This document shows, in pieces, positions 42,065 to 50,138 of a stretch of DNA of 64,000 nt. The translations under genes and the position numbers were made by a program. The first letter of the stretch is position 1, and every line of letters starts with the position of its first letter. The notes under the pieces were generated by a model. It did not search any database. It was not told the origin of the DNA and saw only the letters and a list, made by a program, of their open reading frames with translations. This stretch comes from an uncultured Acidobacteriota bacterium (GTDB taxonomy: Bacteria; Acidobacteriota; Thermoanaerobaculia; UBA5066), in assembly GCA_963821435.1 (NCBI GenBank), contig CAWGDR010000004.1, positions 255,596-319,595 of the forward strand. Reading direction: 5' to 3'.

Positions 42065-42300
42065 GCTGTCGGGCGGCTCATGATTGCCGCCCTGTCCCAG
42101 GACCGCATCCGCGGCCCTTAGTTGTGGCCGGATCGTCATCGAGGCGCTCTCCCGGTCGGGAGACCCGGGCTCGGATCCGGCCGTGTCGCGCGTCCAACCC
42201 CGAAGTGGGCGACCCTCGGTGACGGTTTCTCGAACTCGTGCTCGGGTCGTCGTTCGATGGCGGGCGCGCACCTCCAAGATGGTTTCGGAAGAGGGCCGTG

Positions 42301-42726
42301 TCAAGGGGAACGACGTGCGCGACGGCGAAGCCGCGGCCAGGCCGCCTCCACCGTCGTCTGGAGCCCTCCCCGGGGCGTGAAGATGCCGCGGACCGTCATC
42401 CGGCGCGGGCGAACCGCCGCCACCAGGTCGTCGAGCACCCGGTTGACGGCGTTCTCGTTGAAGATGCCGAGCGAGCGGTACGCGAGAAGGTATTCCTTCA
42501 GGGATTTCAGCTCCACGCAGCGCTCCCGGGGCACGTAGGTCACGGTGAGCGTCGCGAAGTCCGGAAGGCCGGTCTTCGGGCAGATCGAGGTGAATTCCGG
42601 GACGGAGATGGCGATCTCGTATTCGCGCCCGTACTGGTTGGGAAAGGACTGAAGCGGCGGGAGCGGCTCGCGCGTCCCGGACGCCGCGTGCTCGTCGGTG
42701 TAGCGGGGCTTCGGCGGCCTTTTCAT
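42301..42726 (-). CDS. queF: NADPH-dependent 7-cyano-7-deazaguanine reductase (YkvM-type preQ1 synthase)
   Basis: The gene is intact. 'YEIAISVPEFTSICPKTGLPDFATLTVTYVP...LKSLKEYLLAYRSLGIFNENAVNRVLDDL...GIFTPRGG' is diagnostic, with the Cys in 'SICPKTG'. Confidence 0.85.
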   Translation of the reverse strand: MKRPPKPRYTDEHAASGTREPLPPLQSFPNQYGREYEIAISVPEFTSICPKTGLPDFATLTVTYVPRERCVELKSLKEYLLAYRSLGIFNENAVNRVLDDLVAAVRPRRMTVRGIFTPRGGLQTTVEAAWPRLRRRARRSP

Positions 42727-42733
42727 GGCCCGG

Positions 42734-42752
42734 AGGATAAACTCCCGCCCCT
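42734..42752. promoter_or_regulatory. 26-nt divergent intergenic region with overlapping -10-like hexamers (plus TAAACT, minus TATCCT) 9 and 7 nt from the lepB and queF start codons; CCCGCCCC tract
   Basis: The plus strand reads GGA-TAAACT-CCCGCCCCT-ATG (lepB). The minus strand reads TATCCT-CCGGGCC-ATG (queF). No SD is present on either side, which suggests leaderless transcripts. Confidence 0.4.
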
Positions 42753-43457
42753 ATGCCGTTCTCCAAGGAAAAGCGTGCGGCCCTCCTCCGCGACCTCCGG
42801 CACCTCGTCCTCATGGCCGCGGTCATCCTGACCGGCCGTTCGGTCCTGGCCGACTGGTACGTCGTTCCGACCGGCTCCATGAAGCCGACGATCCTCGAAG
42901 GCGACCGGGTCTTCGTCTGGAAATCCGCCTACCAGATCCGCGTTCCGTTCTCGCGGGTCAAGCTCTTCTCGACCGGGGTGCCCCGGCGAGGCGACGTCGT
43001 GGTGGTCCGGAACCCCGACGGGGGGAGCATCCCGTTCGTGAAGCGCCTCATCGGGCTCCCCGGCGACGTCGTCGAGCTGCGGAACGAGACGCTCTACCTG
43101 AACGGCGCCGCGATGCCGGCCGACTTCCTCCCCGAGCGGAAGGCCGACGACGGCGAGACCCTCCTCCTCGGCACCGAGGACCTGATGGGGCGAAAGCACC
43201 CGATCCGGATCCTGCCGGACCGGCCCGCCTTCCGGACCTTCGGCCCGATCACGGTCCCGGAGGGGGAGATCTTCGTCATGGGGGACAATCGGGACGAGAG
43301 CCGCGACGCCCGCTTCTTCGGGACCCGGCCCGTCTCCGACCTCCTGGGGCGCGCCGTCGGCATCATGTGGAGCTGGAACAACGAATTCGCGAAGGGCCCC
43401 CGATGGAGTCGCTTCGGCCGGAAGTTCATCAGCGAGGCGAACGAGGTCAAACCCTAG
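42753..43457 (+). CDS. lepB: signal peptidase I
   Basis: The gene is intact. The N-terminus is a TM anchor. The catalytic Ser is in 'VVPTGSMKPTI', 'VKRLIGLPGD' is the box with the catalytic Lys, and 'VMGDNRDESRDARFFG' is also present. Confidence 0.85.
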   Translation: MPFSKEKRAALLRDLRHLVLMAAVILTGRSVLADWYVVPTGSMKPTILEGDRVFVWKSAYQIRVPFSRVKLFSTGVPRRGDVVVVRNPDGGSIPFVKRLIGLPGDVVELRNETLYLNGAAMPADFLPERKADDGETLLLGTEDLMGRKHPIRILPDRPAFRTFGPITVPEGEIFVMGDNRDESRDARFFGTRPVSDLLGRAVGIMWSWNNEFAKGPRWSRFGRKFISEANEVKP

Positions 43458-43506
43458 GCCGCCGCCGGCTTGCGCCGGCGCCTCTTTGGACTTAATCTAA
43501 GGTCGA

Positions 43507-43917
43507 ATGGAACCGCGCGTCCGGACCGAGGAACGGCTCCGCGAAAAAGGGCTCCGCGTCACGCAGCAGCGCGTGGCGGTGCTGAACTACCTCGGTTCCG
43601 TCCGGCACCACCCGACGGCCGAGGACGTCGGGGAGGCGGTGAACCGCCTCGTGCCGACGGCCCGCGCGTCGGTCTACAACGTCCTCCGGTCGCTCCGGGA
43701 AGCGGGCCTGATCGAGGAGCTCGTCTTCGACGACGCCGTCGTCCGCTACGACGCGAACCTCGAGAAACACCACCACTTCGTCTGCGCGGTCTGCGGCGGC
43801 GTGGCGGACGTGCCGTGGGACTCCCTGCCGCAGGCGCCGAAGCGGAGGCTCGCCGACGGGCGCACCGTGGACGACTGGAACGTGACGCTCCACGGCCGCT
43901 GCCCGGGTTGCCAGTAG
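43507..43917 (+). CDS. fur: Fur-family metalloregulator (Fur/Zur/PerR)
   Basis: The gene is intact at 136 aa. 'LRVTQQRVAVLNYL...HPTAEDV' is the winged helix. The metal ligands are 'HHHFVC..CG' and a C-terminal 'CPGC'. A TAATCT hexamer lies 8 nt upstream of the ATG. Confidence 0.85.
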   Translation: MEPRVRTEERLREKGLRVTQQRVAVLNYLGSVRHHPTAEDVGEAVNRLVPTARASVYNVLRSLREAGLIEELVFDDAVVRYDANLEKHHHFVCAVCGGVADVPWDSLPQAPKRRLADGRTVDDWNVTLHGRCPGCQ

Positions 43918-44012
43918 CTCCGGCCGGCGCCGATCCGGCGCTTCCCTTGCTTAGAATCGGTCGAGATCCCGGGCCGCGCGCCCTTCCGGCGCCTTTCCCG
44001 CAAGGAGACCCG

Positions 44013-44761
44013 ATGAACCTCCGGCGCCACCTGATCGAGACGGCCACGCTCGTCGCCGTGTCGGTCGCCGTCGCCCTCGTCTCGAACGCGCTCGCCTCGA
44101 TGGAGCGGAAGCTGAAACTCCCGGGCGACTACCCCGATGCCACGTCCGTCCCGCGGCCGGGACCGACGGATGTTCCTTCTGCTCCCATGCAGGCCGATCC
44201 GGCGCCGTCGTCTCCTGCTACCGCGCAGCAGACACCACCGAGTTCTTCTTCGAAGGTGAATTGGGAGCCAGCTGCCGCACCGGCGAAGCCGCGAGGCTCC
44301 GCCGGCACAGCTGTTGGGCTTTCACCTTCTGAGAAATCCCCGGGCGCCGTCTCCCCGGCTCAGCCATCCGCGTCAACGGATCTCCTCTCCCGCTTTCCCC
44401 CGCACCCCGACAAGCCGTGGGTCGAGATCGGCGGGGACGACGCGGCGTTCCTCGAGGCGCGGGGCGTCCTCTTCCTCGACGCGCGGAGGACGAAGGACTA
44501 CGAGCAGGGGCACGTCCGCGGCGCGCATCCGTTCTCGGTCTGGGAGTCGGACATCGACGACAAGGTCCTCGCCCTTCTCGGCGAGGGGCGCGACCCGAAA
44601 CAGCCCGTCGTCCTCTACTGCTCGGGGGGGACTGCGAGGACTCCCACATGCTCGGCCAGAAGCTCTTCGGGGCCGGATTCAACAACCTCCTCGTCTACAA
44701 GGACGGCTTCCCGGACTGGGTGAAGCGGGGCGGGGCGGTCGCGCGCGGATCCCGGCCATGA
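44013..44761 (+). CDS. membrane-anchored rhodanese-domain protein with Pro/Ser/Ala-rich linker; indel near 44640
   Basis: An SD AAGGAGAC precedes the start. The TM anchor is 'TATLVAVSVAVALVSNA'. The rhodanese domain reads 'VLFLDARRTKDYEQGHVRGAHP...PVVLYCSGG' and, after a shift, 'DCEDSHMLGQKLFGAGFNNLLVYKDGFPDWV'. Confidence 0.55.
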
Positions 44762-45231
44762 AGGGAGTTCGCGACGTTCTCGCCGGTGACTGGCTGTCGA
44801 CCCGGGTCGGGATCGCGCTCGGGCTCTTCTTCGTCGCCGCGGCGCTGCCGAAGCTCGCCGACCCCCCCTCCTTCGCCCACATGATCTACAACTACCGCCT
44901 CGCGCCCGGCTCCCTCGTCAACCTCGCGGCCCTCGTCCTGCCGTGGCTGGAGCTGACCTGCGGCGTCGCGCTGATCCTCGGGATCTGGAGCCGGCCGGCC
45001 GCGGCGATCGTCGGGGGCCTCCTCCTCGTCTTCGTCGCCGCGGTCTCGGCGAACCTCCTCCGGGACCACGCGATCGACTGCGGCTGCTTCGACGTCCGGG
45101 ACGCCGGGAAGTCGGTCGACGAGCGGCTCCAGGACATGCGGATGGTGATCGTCCGCGACGCCGGGATGCTCCTGATGGTCGCCCAGATCCTCTGGGCGGG
45201 GGCGAGGCGCGAGGCCGGCCCCGCGGGCTAG
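44758..45231 (+). CDS. DoxX/MauE-family membrane protein
   Basis: The ATG overlaps the rhodanese stop (ATGA). It has four TM helices, for example 'VGIALGLFFVAAALPKL' and 'LPWLELTCGVALILGIW'. The conserved 'DCGCF' motif is typical of MauE/DoxX-like thiol-disulfide membrane proteins. Pairing with a rhodanese gene is common. Confidence 0.55.
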   Translation: MKGVRDVLAGDWLSTRVGIALGLFFVAAALPKLADPPSFAHMIYNYRLAPGSLVNLAALVLPWLELTCGVALILGIWSRPAAAIVGGLLLVFVAAVSANLLRDHAIDCGCFDVRDAGKSVDERLQDMRMVIVRDAGMLLMVAQILWAGARREAGPAG

Positions 45232-46754
45232 AGCGCGGAGGTCTCCCGCGCCGCCGCGAGGACCTCGTCCACCGTGGCGTCCGCGTCCGCGAGCGTCGAG
45301 CGCGGGTTGATGAAGCAGGGGCGGATCGCGAACCGTCCGCCGACGCGCGTATGCGAAGGAACGGCGCGGCCGCGCGCCCGGACCCGGAGCAGCACCTTCT
45401 CGTTCAGCGCGTCGAGCGCGGCCTCGTCCGCAACGCCCTTCGGCCGGACGCGGAAGCAGCAGATCGAGAGGACCGGCTCGGCCAGGAGCTCGAGCGACGG
45501 GTGCGCCCTGACGCGCTCGGCGACGCGGCGGGCCGAGTCGTGGTGGCGGACCACGCGCGCGCGCATCCCGCCCGCCCCGATCTCCTTCAGGAGGGCCCAG
45601 ACGGCGAGCCCGCGGGAGGGCGCGGAGTGGTCGACCGAGAAGTCCGGGTTCCCCTCCCCCCGCTCGTCGAACGGCGAGTCGACGTCCCCGGTCCCGGTCG
45701 GCGCCATCTCGACGTAAGCCGCCGGCTCGAGCGTCAGCGCGCGCGCGAGGAGGCCGCCGTCTCGCACGAATCCGGCTCCGCAACCGATCGCGATCGCCAT
45801 CCACTTGTGCGGGTCGACGGCGAAGGAGTCGATCTTCGCGAGGTCCCCGAAGAGCGGCGCGACGCGCGGGTCGAGGACGCCGAACCCACCGTACGCGCCG
45901 TCCACGTGCAGCCAGACGCCGCGAGCGTGGGCGATCCCGCGCAAGGCGTCGACCGGATCGACCGCGCCCGTGTTCACGTCGCCGGCGGAGGCGACGACCG
46001 CGACCGGCGTCGCGCCGCGGGCGAGGTCCTCGTCCAGCATCCTCTCGAGCGCCGAAAGGTCGGGCCGCCGCGCCGCGTCGACGGGCACGAGGCGCAGCGC
46101 CTTCCGGCCGAGGCCGAGGACGCCACAGGCGCGGTGGATGACGTGGTGCACCTCGGTGGAGGCGTAGACGCGCGGCGACGGGAGCCCCGCGAGGCCGTCG
46201 AGCGACGGGTCGACGCCGCGGCGCTCGCCGGCGTGCTGGCGGGCGGCGGCGAGGCCCAGCAGGTTCGCGAGGGCGCCGCCTCCCACGAAGGCGCCTTCGA
46301 AATGGTCCGGGAGGCCGACGAGGCGGGCGAGCCAGCGGAGGCCCAGCACCTCGAGGAAGTTGCCCGGCGTCGCCCACCACCGCTGGGCGGCCGTGAGCGA
46401 CGCCGCGAGCTGCGCGACGGCCGGGACCGTCGTCGGCATCGTCGTCACCCAGCCCGTGAAGCCGGGCGCGCCGATCCGGAGACCGTTCGGGATCACGACC
46501 TCCGCGAGCGTCTTCAAAACGGCCTCGCGCCCGAGCCCGGCTTCCGGGAGCGGCTCGTCGAGCGCGGCCCGCCAGGCGCTCCGCTTCGCCGCGCCGTCCG
46601 GCCCCTCGAAGCGGAGAAAGCGGTCGAGGGCCGGCTGGAGCGCCGCGAGCGACTCGGCGAGGGCGTCCGTCGACGCGGCCTCGACGGGACCCGCGATCTT
46701 CTCCGGCGGCGCCGCGCCCGGCCGGGCTTCCGCGGCGGGATGTGGGTCCTTCAA
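45228..46754 (-). CDS. PLP-dependent decarboxylase (group II: L-2,4-diaminobutyrate / aromatic amino acid decarboxylase family)
   Basis: The gene is intact at 508 aa. The PLP-lysine region is 'SFAVDPHKWMAIAIGCGAGFV'. 'HVDGAYGG' is also present. Confidence 0.8.
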   Translation of the reverse strand: MKDPHPAAEARPGAAPPEKIAGPVEAASTDALAESLAALQPALDRFLRFEGPDGAAKRSAWRAALDEPLPEAGLGREAVLKTLAEVVIPNGLRIGAPGFTGWVTTMPTTVPAVAQLAASLTAAQRWWATPGNFLEVLGLRWLARLVGLPDHFEGAFVGGGALANLLGLAAARQHAGERRGVDPSLDGLAGLPSPRVYASTEVHHVIHRACGVLGLGRKALRLVPVDAARRPDLSALERMLDEDLARGATPVAVVASAGDVNTGAVDPVDALRGIAHARGVWLHVDGAYGGFGVLDPRVAPLFGDLAKIDSFAVDPHKWMAIAIGCGAGFVRDGGLLARALTLEPAAYVEMAPTGTGDVDSPFDERGEGNPDFSVDHSAPSRGLAVWALLKEIGAGGMRARVVRHHDSARRVAERVRAHPSLELLAEPVLSICCFRVRPKGVADEAALDALNEKVLLRVRARGRAVPSHTRVGGRFAIRPCFINPRSTLADADATVDEVLAAARETSAL

Positions 46755-49246
46755 GACCGGCCTATTATGATGCGGGTTTCCCGCCCATGCCGGCCGACCG
46801 CTCGACCCACGTCGCTCTCCTGAAAGCCTTCGAGGGAGCCCTCAAAGAGGGACTCCTCCTCGACGAGGCTCTGGGGGGAATCCTGGGCGCGGCGCTCCAC
46901 CTTTTCGACGCGCCGGTCGTCGCCCTCCTGCCCGGCCCCGGCGTGCCGCCGATGACGCGCTCCGGGCGGACCTCCGGAGCCGCCGCCGCCGAGAGGCGCC
47001 TGTCGCAGCACCTCGAGGAGATCCTCGCCCAGGGGCGCGCCAAGAAGGTCTCCGAGGGGAGCTTCACGTACCTCGGAGCGCCGGTGAAGCTGAAGGAGAA
47101 GACGCAGGCGGCCTTCGGCGTCGCGCTCTCCGACGAGGGGGACGACTCGGACGAGGCGGTCCGGCTCTTCGCCCGGACGGTCGGCCACGTCCTCGAGCGC
47201 GACCGGACCCTCTCGACCCTCATGAAGCGCCGCGAGGAGGCCGTCGCCCTCTTCGAGCTCGCCTCGGGCGCGTTCCTCTCCCTGAACCCCGACGAGGTGA
47301 TCCGCCTGACGGTCGCCTCCCTCTCGCGCGAGCTGGAGTTCGACCGGGTCCAGGCCTTCCGGTTCCGCGCGGAGACGCGCGAGATCGAGGAGCTGATGAG
47401 CCACGGCCCCGCGACGAGCGGGGAGCGGCCGCGGAGCCCGCGGGGCCCGCTCGACGCCGACGAGCTCCTCCTCCGGTGCCTCTCCGCCCACGGCCCCGTC
47501 TTCGACGACGAGCCCGGGAGCGGGGGCGGCCCGCCGCGCCGGCGCCGGATGGCGCTGCCGCTCCACGCGGGCGACTCCGTCTTCGGCTTCCTGACGATGT
47601 CGCGGCGCGGCGGCTTCGTCCTGACCGCGCAGGAGATGCGGCTCGCCCAGGAGCTCTCGAAGCTGGCGGCCGGCGCGCTGGAGAAGGCGCGGCTCCTCGA
47701 CTCCGAGCGGAAGGCGAACGAGAAGAACGCCTTCGTCTCGCGCCTCCACACGGCGCTCTCCGGCCTCATCGACGTCGTCGCGATCGTCCGGCGGACCGTG
47801 GAGGAGGTCGGGCCCCACTTCGACCTCGACCTCTGCGCGCTCCGGATCGTCCCCTCCGGGGAGCTCGCGGGGGCGCAGGCCGTCGCGGTCCGCGGCGGCG
47901 GCGGCGACTCGACGATCGAGGTGCCGGACGCCCTGCTTCAGCACCTCTCCGCCGAGGGGTCCCACGTCTTCCTGTCCGACGTCGCGGCGGACTCCGTCGT
48001 CGGCGCCCTGCTGCCGAAGGGCCCCGCCATGTCGCGCCTCCAGCCGCCGGTCAGCTTCGTCGCCGTGCCGCTCGCCTACCGAGGGCTGCCTGTCGGCGTC
48101 CTCACGGGCGTCGCCTCGGGCCGGCCCCAGGGCCTCGCCCCGTCGGTCCTCGAGACGTTCGAGGCGCTCGCCGTGGAGGTCTCCCTCGCCGTCGCGTCGG
48201 CGCGGCTCCTCCAGCAGGAGCGCGACTCCCACCGGTTCCTCGACCGCCTGCGCGAGGTGGGGCGCTCGCTCTCGACGACGTTCGACATGGACCGGATCAA
48301 GCAGACCCTCTGCGAGCAGGCCGTCACGCTTCTCCAGGTCGACTCCGCGCACTTCTGGGACGCCGACGCCGACGCGAAGGCGCTCCAGATCTCGGCCCGC
48401 TGGGGCGCCGACACCGGCGAGGCGGGCGCCCGGTCGGTCTCGGCGGACCAGGCGCGCCACCCCGCGGTCCGCGCCTTCCTCGAGAAGTCGGCCGTGACGG
48501 TGCGCGGGAAGGACGCCGCCGCGCTCTTCCCCTCGGTCTCGCGCGCGCTCGTCCTCCCCCTCCTCTTCCACGACGAGCCAATCGGCGTCTTCTCCCTCGC
48601 CCAGCGCCGCGGGACAGACGACTTCGCGCCCGAGTTCCGGGGCCGGGTCGATCTCCTCGCGGACGCGGCGGCGATCGCGCTCCACAACGCCCGGCTCATG
48701 CGGCTCATCGAGCAGCAGGCCGAGCGGGACGGCCAGACCGGCCTCAACAACCGGACGTCGCTCGTGAAGCGCCTCGAGTCGGAGATCCGGCGCGCCGAGC
48801 GGAACGGCCAGTCGATCGGCGTCGCGCATCTCCGGGTGGACGGCCTGGCCGACGCGATGCGCCGGCTGGAGCCCGGCGTCGCCGACGCCCTCCTCCCGAA
48901 GATCGCGTCCCGCCTCGTCCGGTCGACCCGCGCCGTCAACCTCGTCGCCCGGGACTCCGGCGACCGCTTCTGGATCCTCATCTTCGAGGCGTCGAAGCTC
49001 CAGGCGCACCGCGCCGTCCGGGCGATCCAGCGCAACTTCGAGTCGCAGGCCGACGCGCGGCTGGAGCCGGCCGGTATCCGGTTCGCGCTGACGACCGGGA
49101 TCTCCGTCTACCCCGACGACGGCTTCGACAGCGCCGCGCTCCTCGCCAAGGCCGCCGAGGCGCTCGAGGAAGCGGCCCGGACCGGCCCCGGCACGATCGT
49201 CGTCCGCGAGGCCCCGGCCGAGACGGAGCCGCGCCTCCCGGCCTGA
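46742..49246 (+). CDS. multi-GAF domain protein with C-terminal degenerate GGDEF (diguanylate cyclase-like) domain
   Basis: The gene is intact at about 820 aa. Repeated GAF-like blocks are present. The C-terminus 'TGLNNRTSLVKRLESEIRRAERNGQSIGVAHLRVDGLADA...VARDSGDRFWILIFE' is a GGDEF fold with SGDRF in place of GG[DE]EF. Confidence 0.75.
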   Translation: MGPSRPAYYDAGFPPMPADRSTHVALLKAFEGALKEGLLLDEALGGILGAALHLFDAPVVALLPGPGVPPMTRSGRTSGAAAAERRLSQHLEEILAQGRAKKVSEGSFTYLGAPVKLKEKTQAAFGVALSDEGDDSDEAVRLFARTVGHVLERDRTLSTLMKRREEAVALFELASGAFLSLNPDEVIRLTVASLSRELEFDRVQAFRFRAETREIEELMSHGPATSGERPRSPRGPLDADELLLRCLSAHGPVFDDEPGSGGGPPRRRRMALPLHAGDSVFGFLTMSRRGGFVLTAQEMRLAQELSKLAAGALEKARLLDSERKANEKNAFVSRLHTALSGLIDVVAIVRRTVEEVGPHFDLDLCALRIVPSGELAGAQAVAVRGGGGDSTIEVPDALLQHLSAEGSHVFLSDVAADSVVGALLPKGPAMSRLQPPVSFVAVPLAYRGLPVGVLTGVASGRPQGLAPSVLETFEALAVEVSLAVASARLLQQERDSHRFLDRLREVGRSLSTTFDMDRIKQTLCEQAVTLLQVDSAHFWDADADAKALQISARWGADTGEAGARSVSADQARHPAVRAFLEKSAVTVRGKDAAALFPSVSRALVLPLLFHDEPIGVFSLAQRRGTDDFAPEFRGRVDLLADAAAIALHNARLMRLIEQQAERDGQTGLNNRTSLVKRLESEIRRAERNGQSIGVAHLRVDGLADAMRRLEPGVADALLPKIASRLVRSTRAVNLVARDSGDRFWILIFEASKLQAHRAVRAIQRNFESQADARLEPAGIRFALTTGISVYPDDGFDSAALLAKAAEALEEAARTGPGTIVVREAPAETEPRLPA

Positions 49247-49250
49247 GCCG

Positions 49251-50093
49251 TCAGCCGTAGACGGCGACGGGAAGGTCCGGCGCCGCCTCCGACAGCGCCG
49301 CCGCGATCTCCCGGAGCTCCGCCTCCGAGAGTGGCGTGATGCCCGGCTCCATCGTCTCGCGGGCGACCGTGTAGACCTGCACGAGAGCGATGCGGCCCCC
49401 GGCGTCCCGGACGTCCCGGAGGCGGCCGGCCCAGAGCGCGACCTCGCCCGCCGGCGGCCGCGCTCCATGGAGCCGGAAGAACATCGACTGGACCACTACC
49501 GGATGCCTCCTCGCGGCCGCGCGGAGGTTCTCGAGGATGCGGCCGAAGGGTACCGACGTCCGGCAGACCGCGCGGTAGAACGCCTCGCTCCCCGCGTCGA
49601 GCTTCACCCAGAACGCGCCGCCCCGCAGGGCGAAGAGGTCCTGCGCCTCCCTCATCTCGGCCCGGTCGAGGCCGCTCCCGTTCGTGATCAGGACGAACGG
49701 CACGCGCCGGAAGCCCTCGGCGTCCCGGACGTCGAAGAGCCTCCGGGCGAGCGGGAGGAATCCCGGGAACGTCGAGGGCTCGCCGTCGCCGGCGAAGGCG
49801 ACGTCGCGGAGCGGCTCCGGCTCCGCGCCGGGCCGGTCCCGGAGGAGCCGGAGCTCGGCGCCGAGCTCCTCCGCGACCTCCTCCGCGTCGATCGGCGGCC
49901 GCCCGGTCTTCTTCTTCATCTCCCGCCGGTCGACGACCTCGCAGTAGACGCAGTCGAAGTTGCAGGTCTTCTGCGGGTCGAGATTGACCCCGAGCGAGAG
50001 GCCGCCGCTCCGCCGCGCGCGGACGAGGTAGACGTAGCGGTTGAAGCGGCGCGTCCGGGAATGGAGGGCCGGGACGCGGGGGTCGTGCTCCAC
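49251..50093 (-). CDS. radical SAM protein (unassigned subfamily)
   Basis: 'CNFDCVYCE' is the CxxxCxxC motif near the N-terminus. A 'GDGEP' glycine-rich SAM motif is present, and 'LITNGSGL' follows. The start is uncertain (GTG at 50093). Confidence 0.55.
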   Translation of the reverse strand: MEHDPRVPALHSRTRRFNRYVYLVRARRSGGLSLGVNLDPQKTCNFDCVYCEVVDRREMKKKTGRPPIDAEEVAEELGAELRLLRDRPGAEPEPLRDVAFAGDGEPSTFPGFLPLARRLFDVRDAEGFRRVPFVLITNGSGLDRAEMREAQDLFALRGGAFWVKLDAGSEAFYRAVCRTSVPFGRILENLRAAARRHPVVVQSMFFRLHGARPPAGEVALWAGRLRDVRDAGGRIALVQVYTVARETMEPGITPLSEAELREIAAALSEAAPDLPVAVYG

Positions 50094-50138
50094 GGGGCGA
50101 TTGTGCGACGCGGCGCGCGCGCCGTATATCCTCACGAC

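Noticed and set aside
42065-42300. A preQ1 riboswitch near queF
   Set aside because: The interval lies downstream, not upstream, of queF. queF and lepB share a 26-nt divergent leaderless promoter region that leaves no room for a riboswitch.
45228-46754. The PLP-dependent decarboxylase as part of a siderophore (DABA-derived) biosynthesis cluster near fur
   Set aside because: No IucA/IucC, NRPS, N-hydroxylase or exporter genes are nearby. The flanking genes are DoxX and a GAF-GGDEF protein, so this is an isolated decarboxylase.
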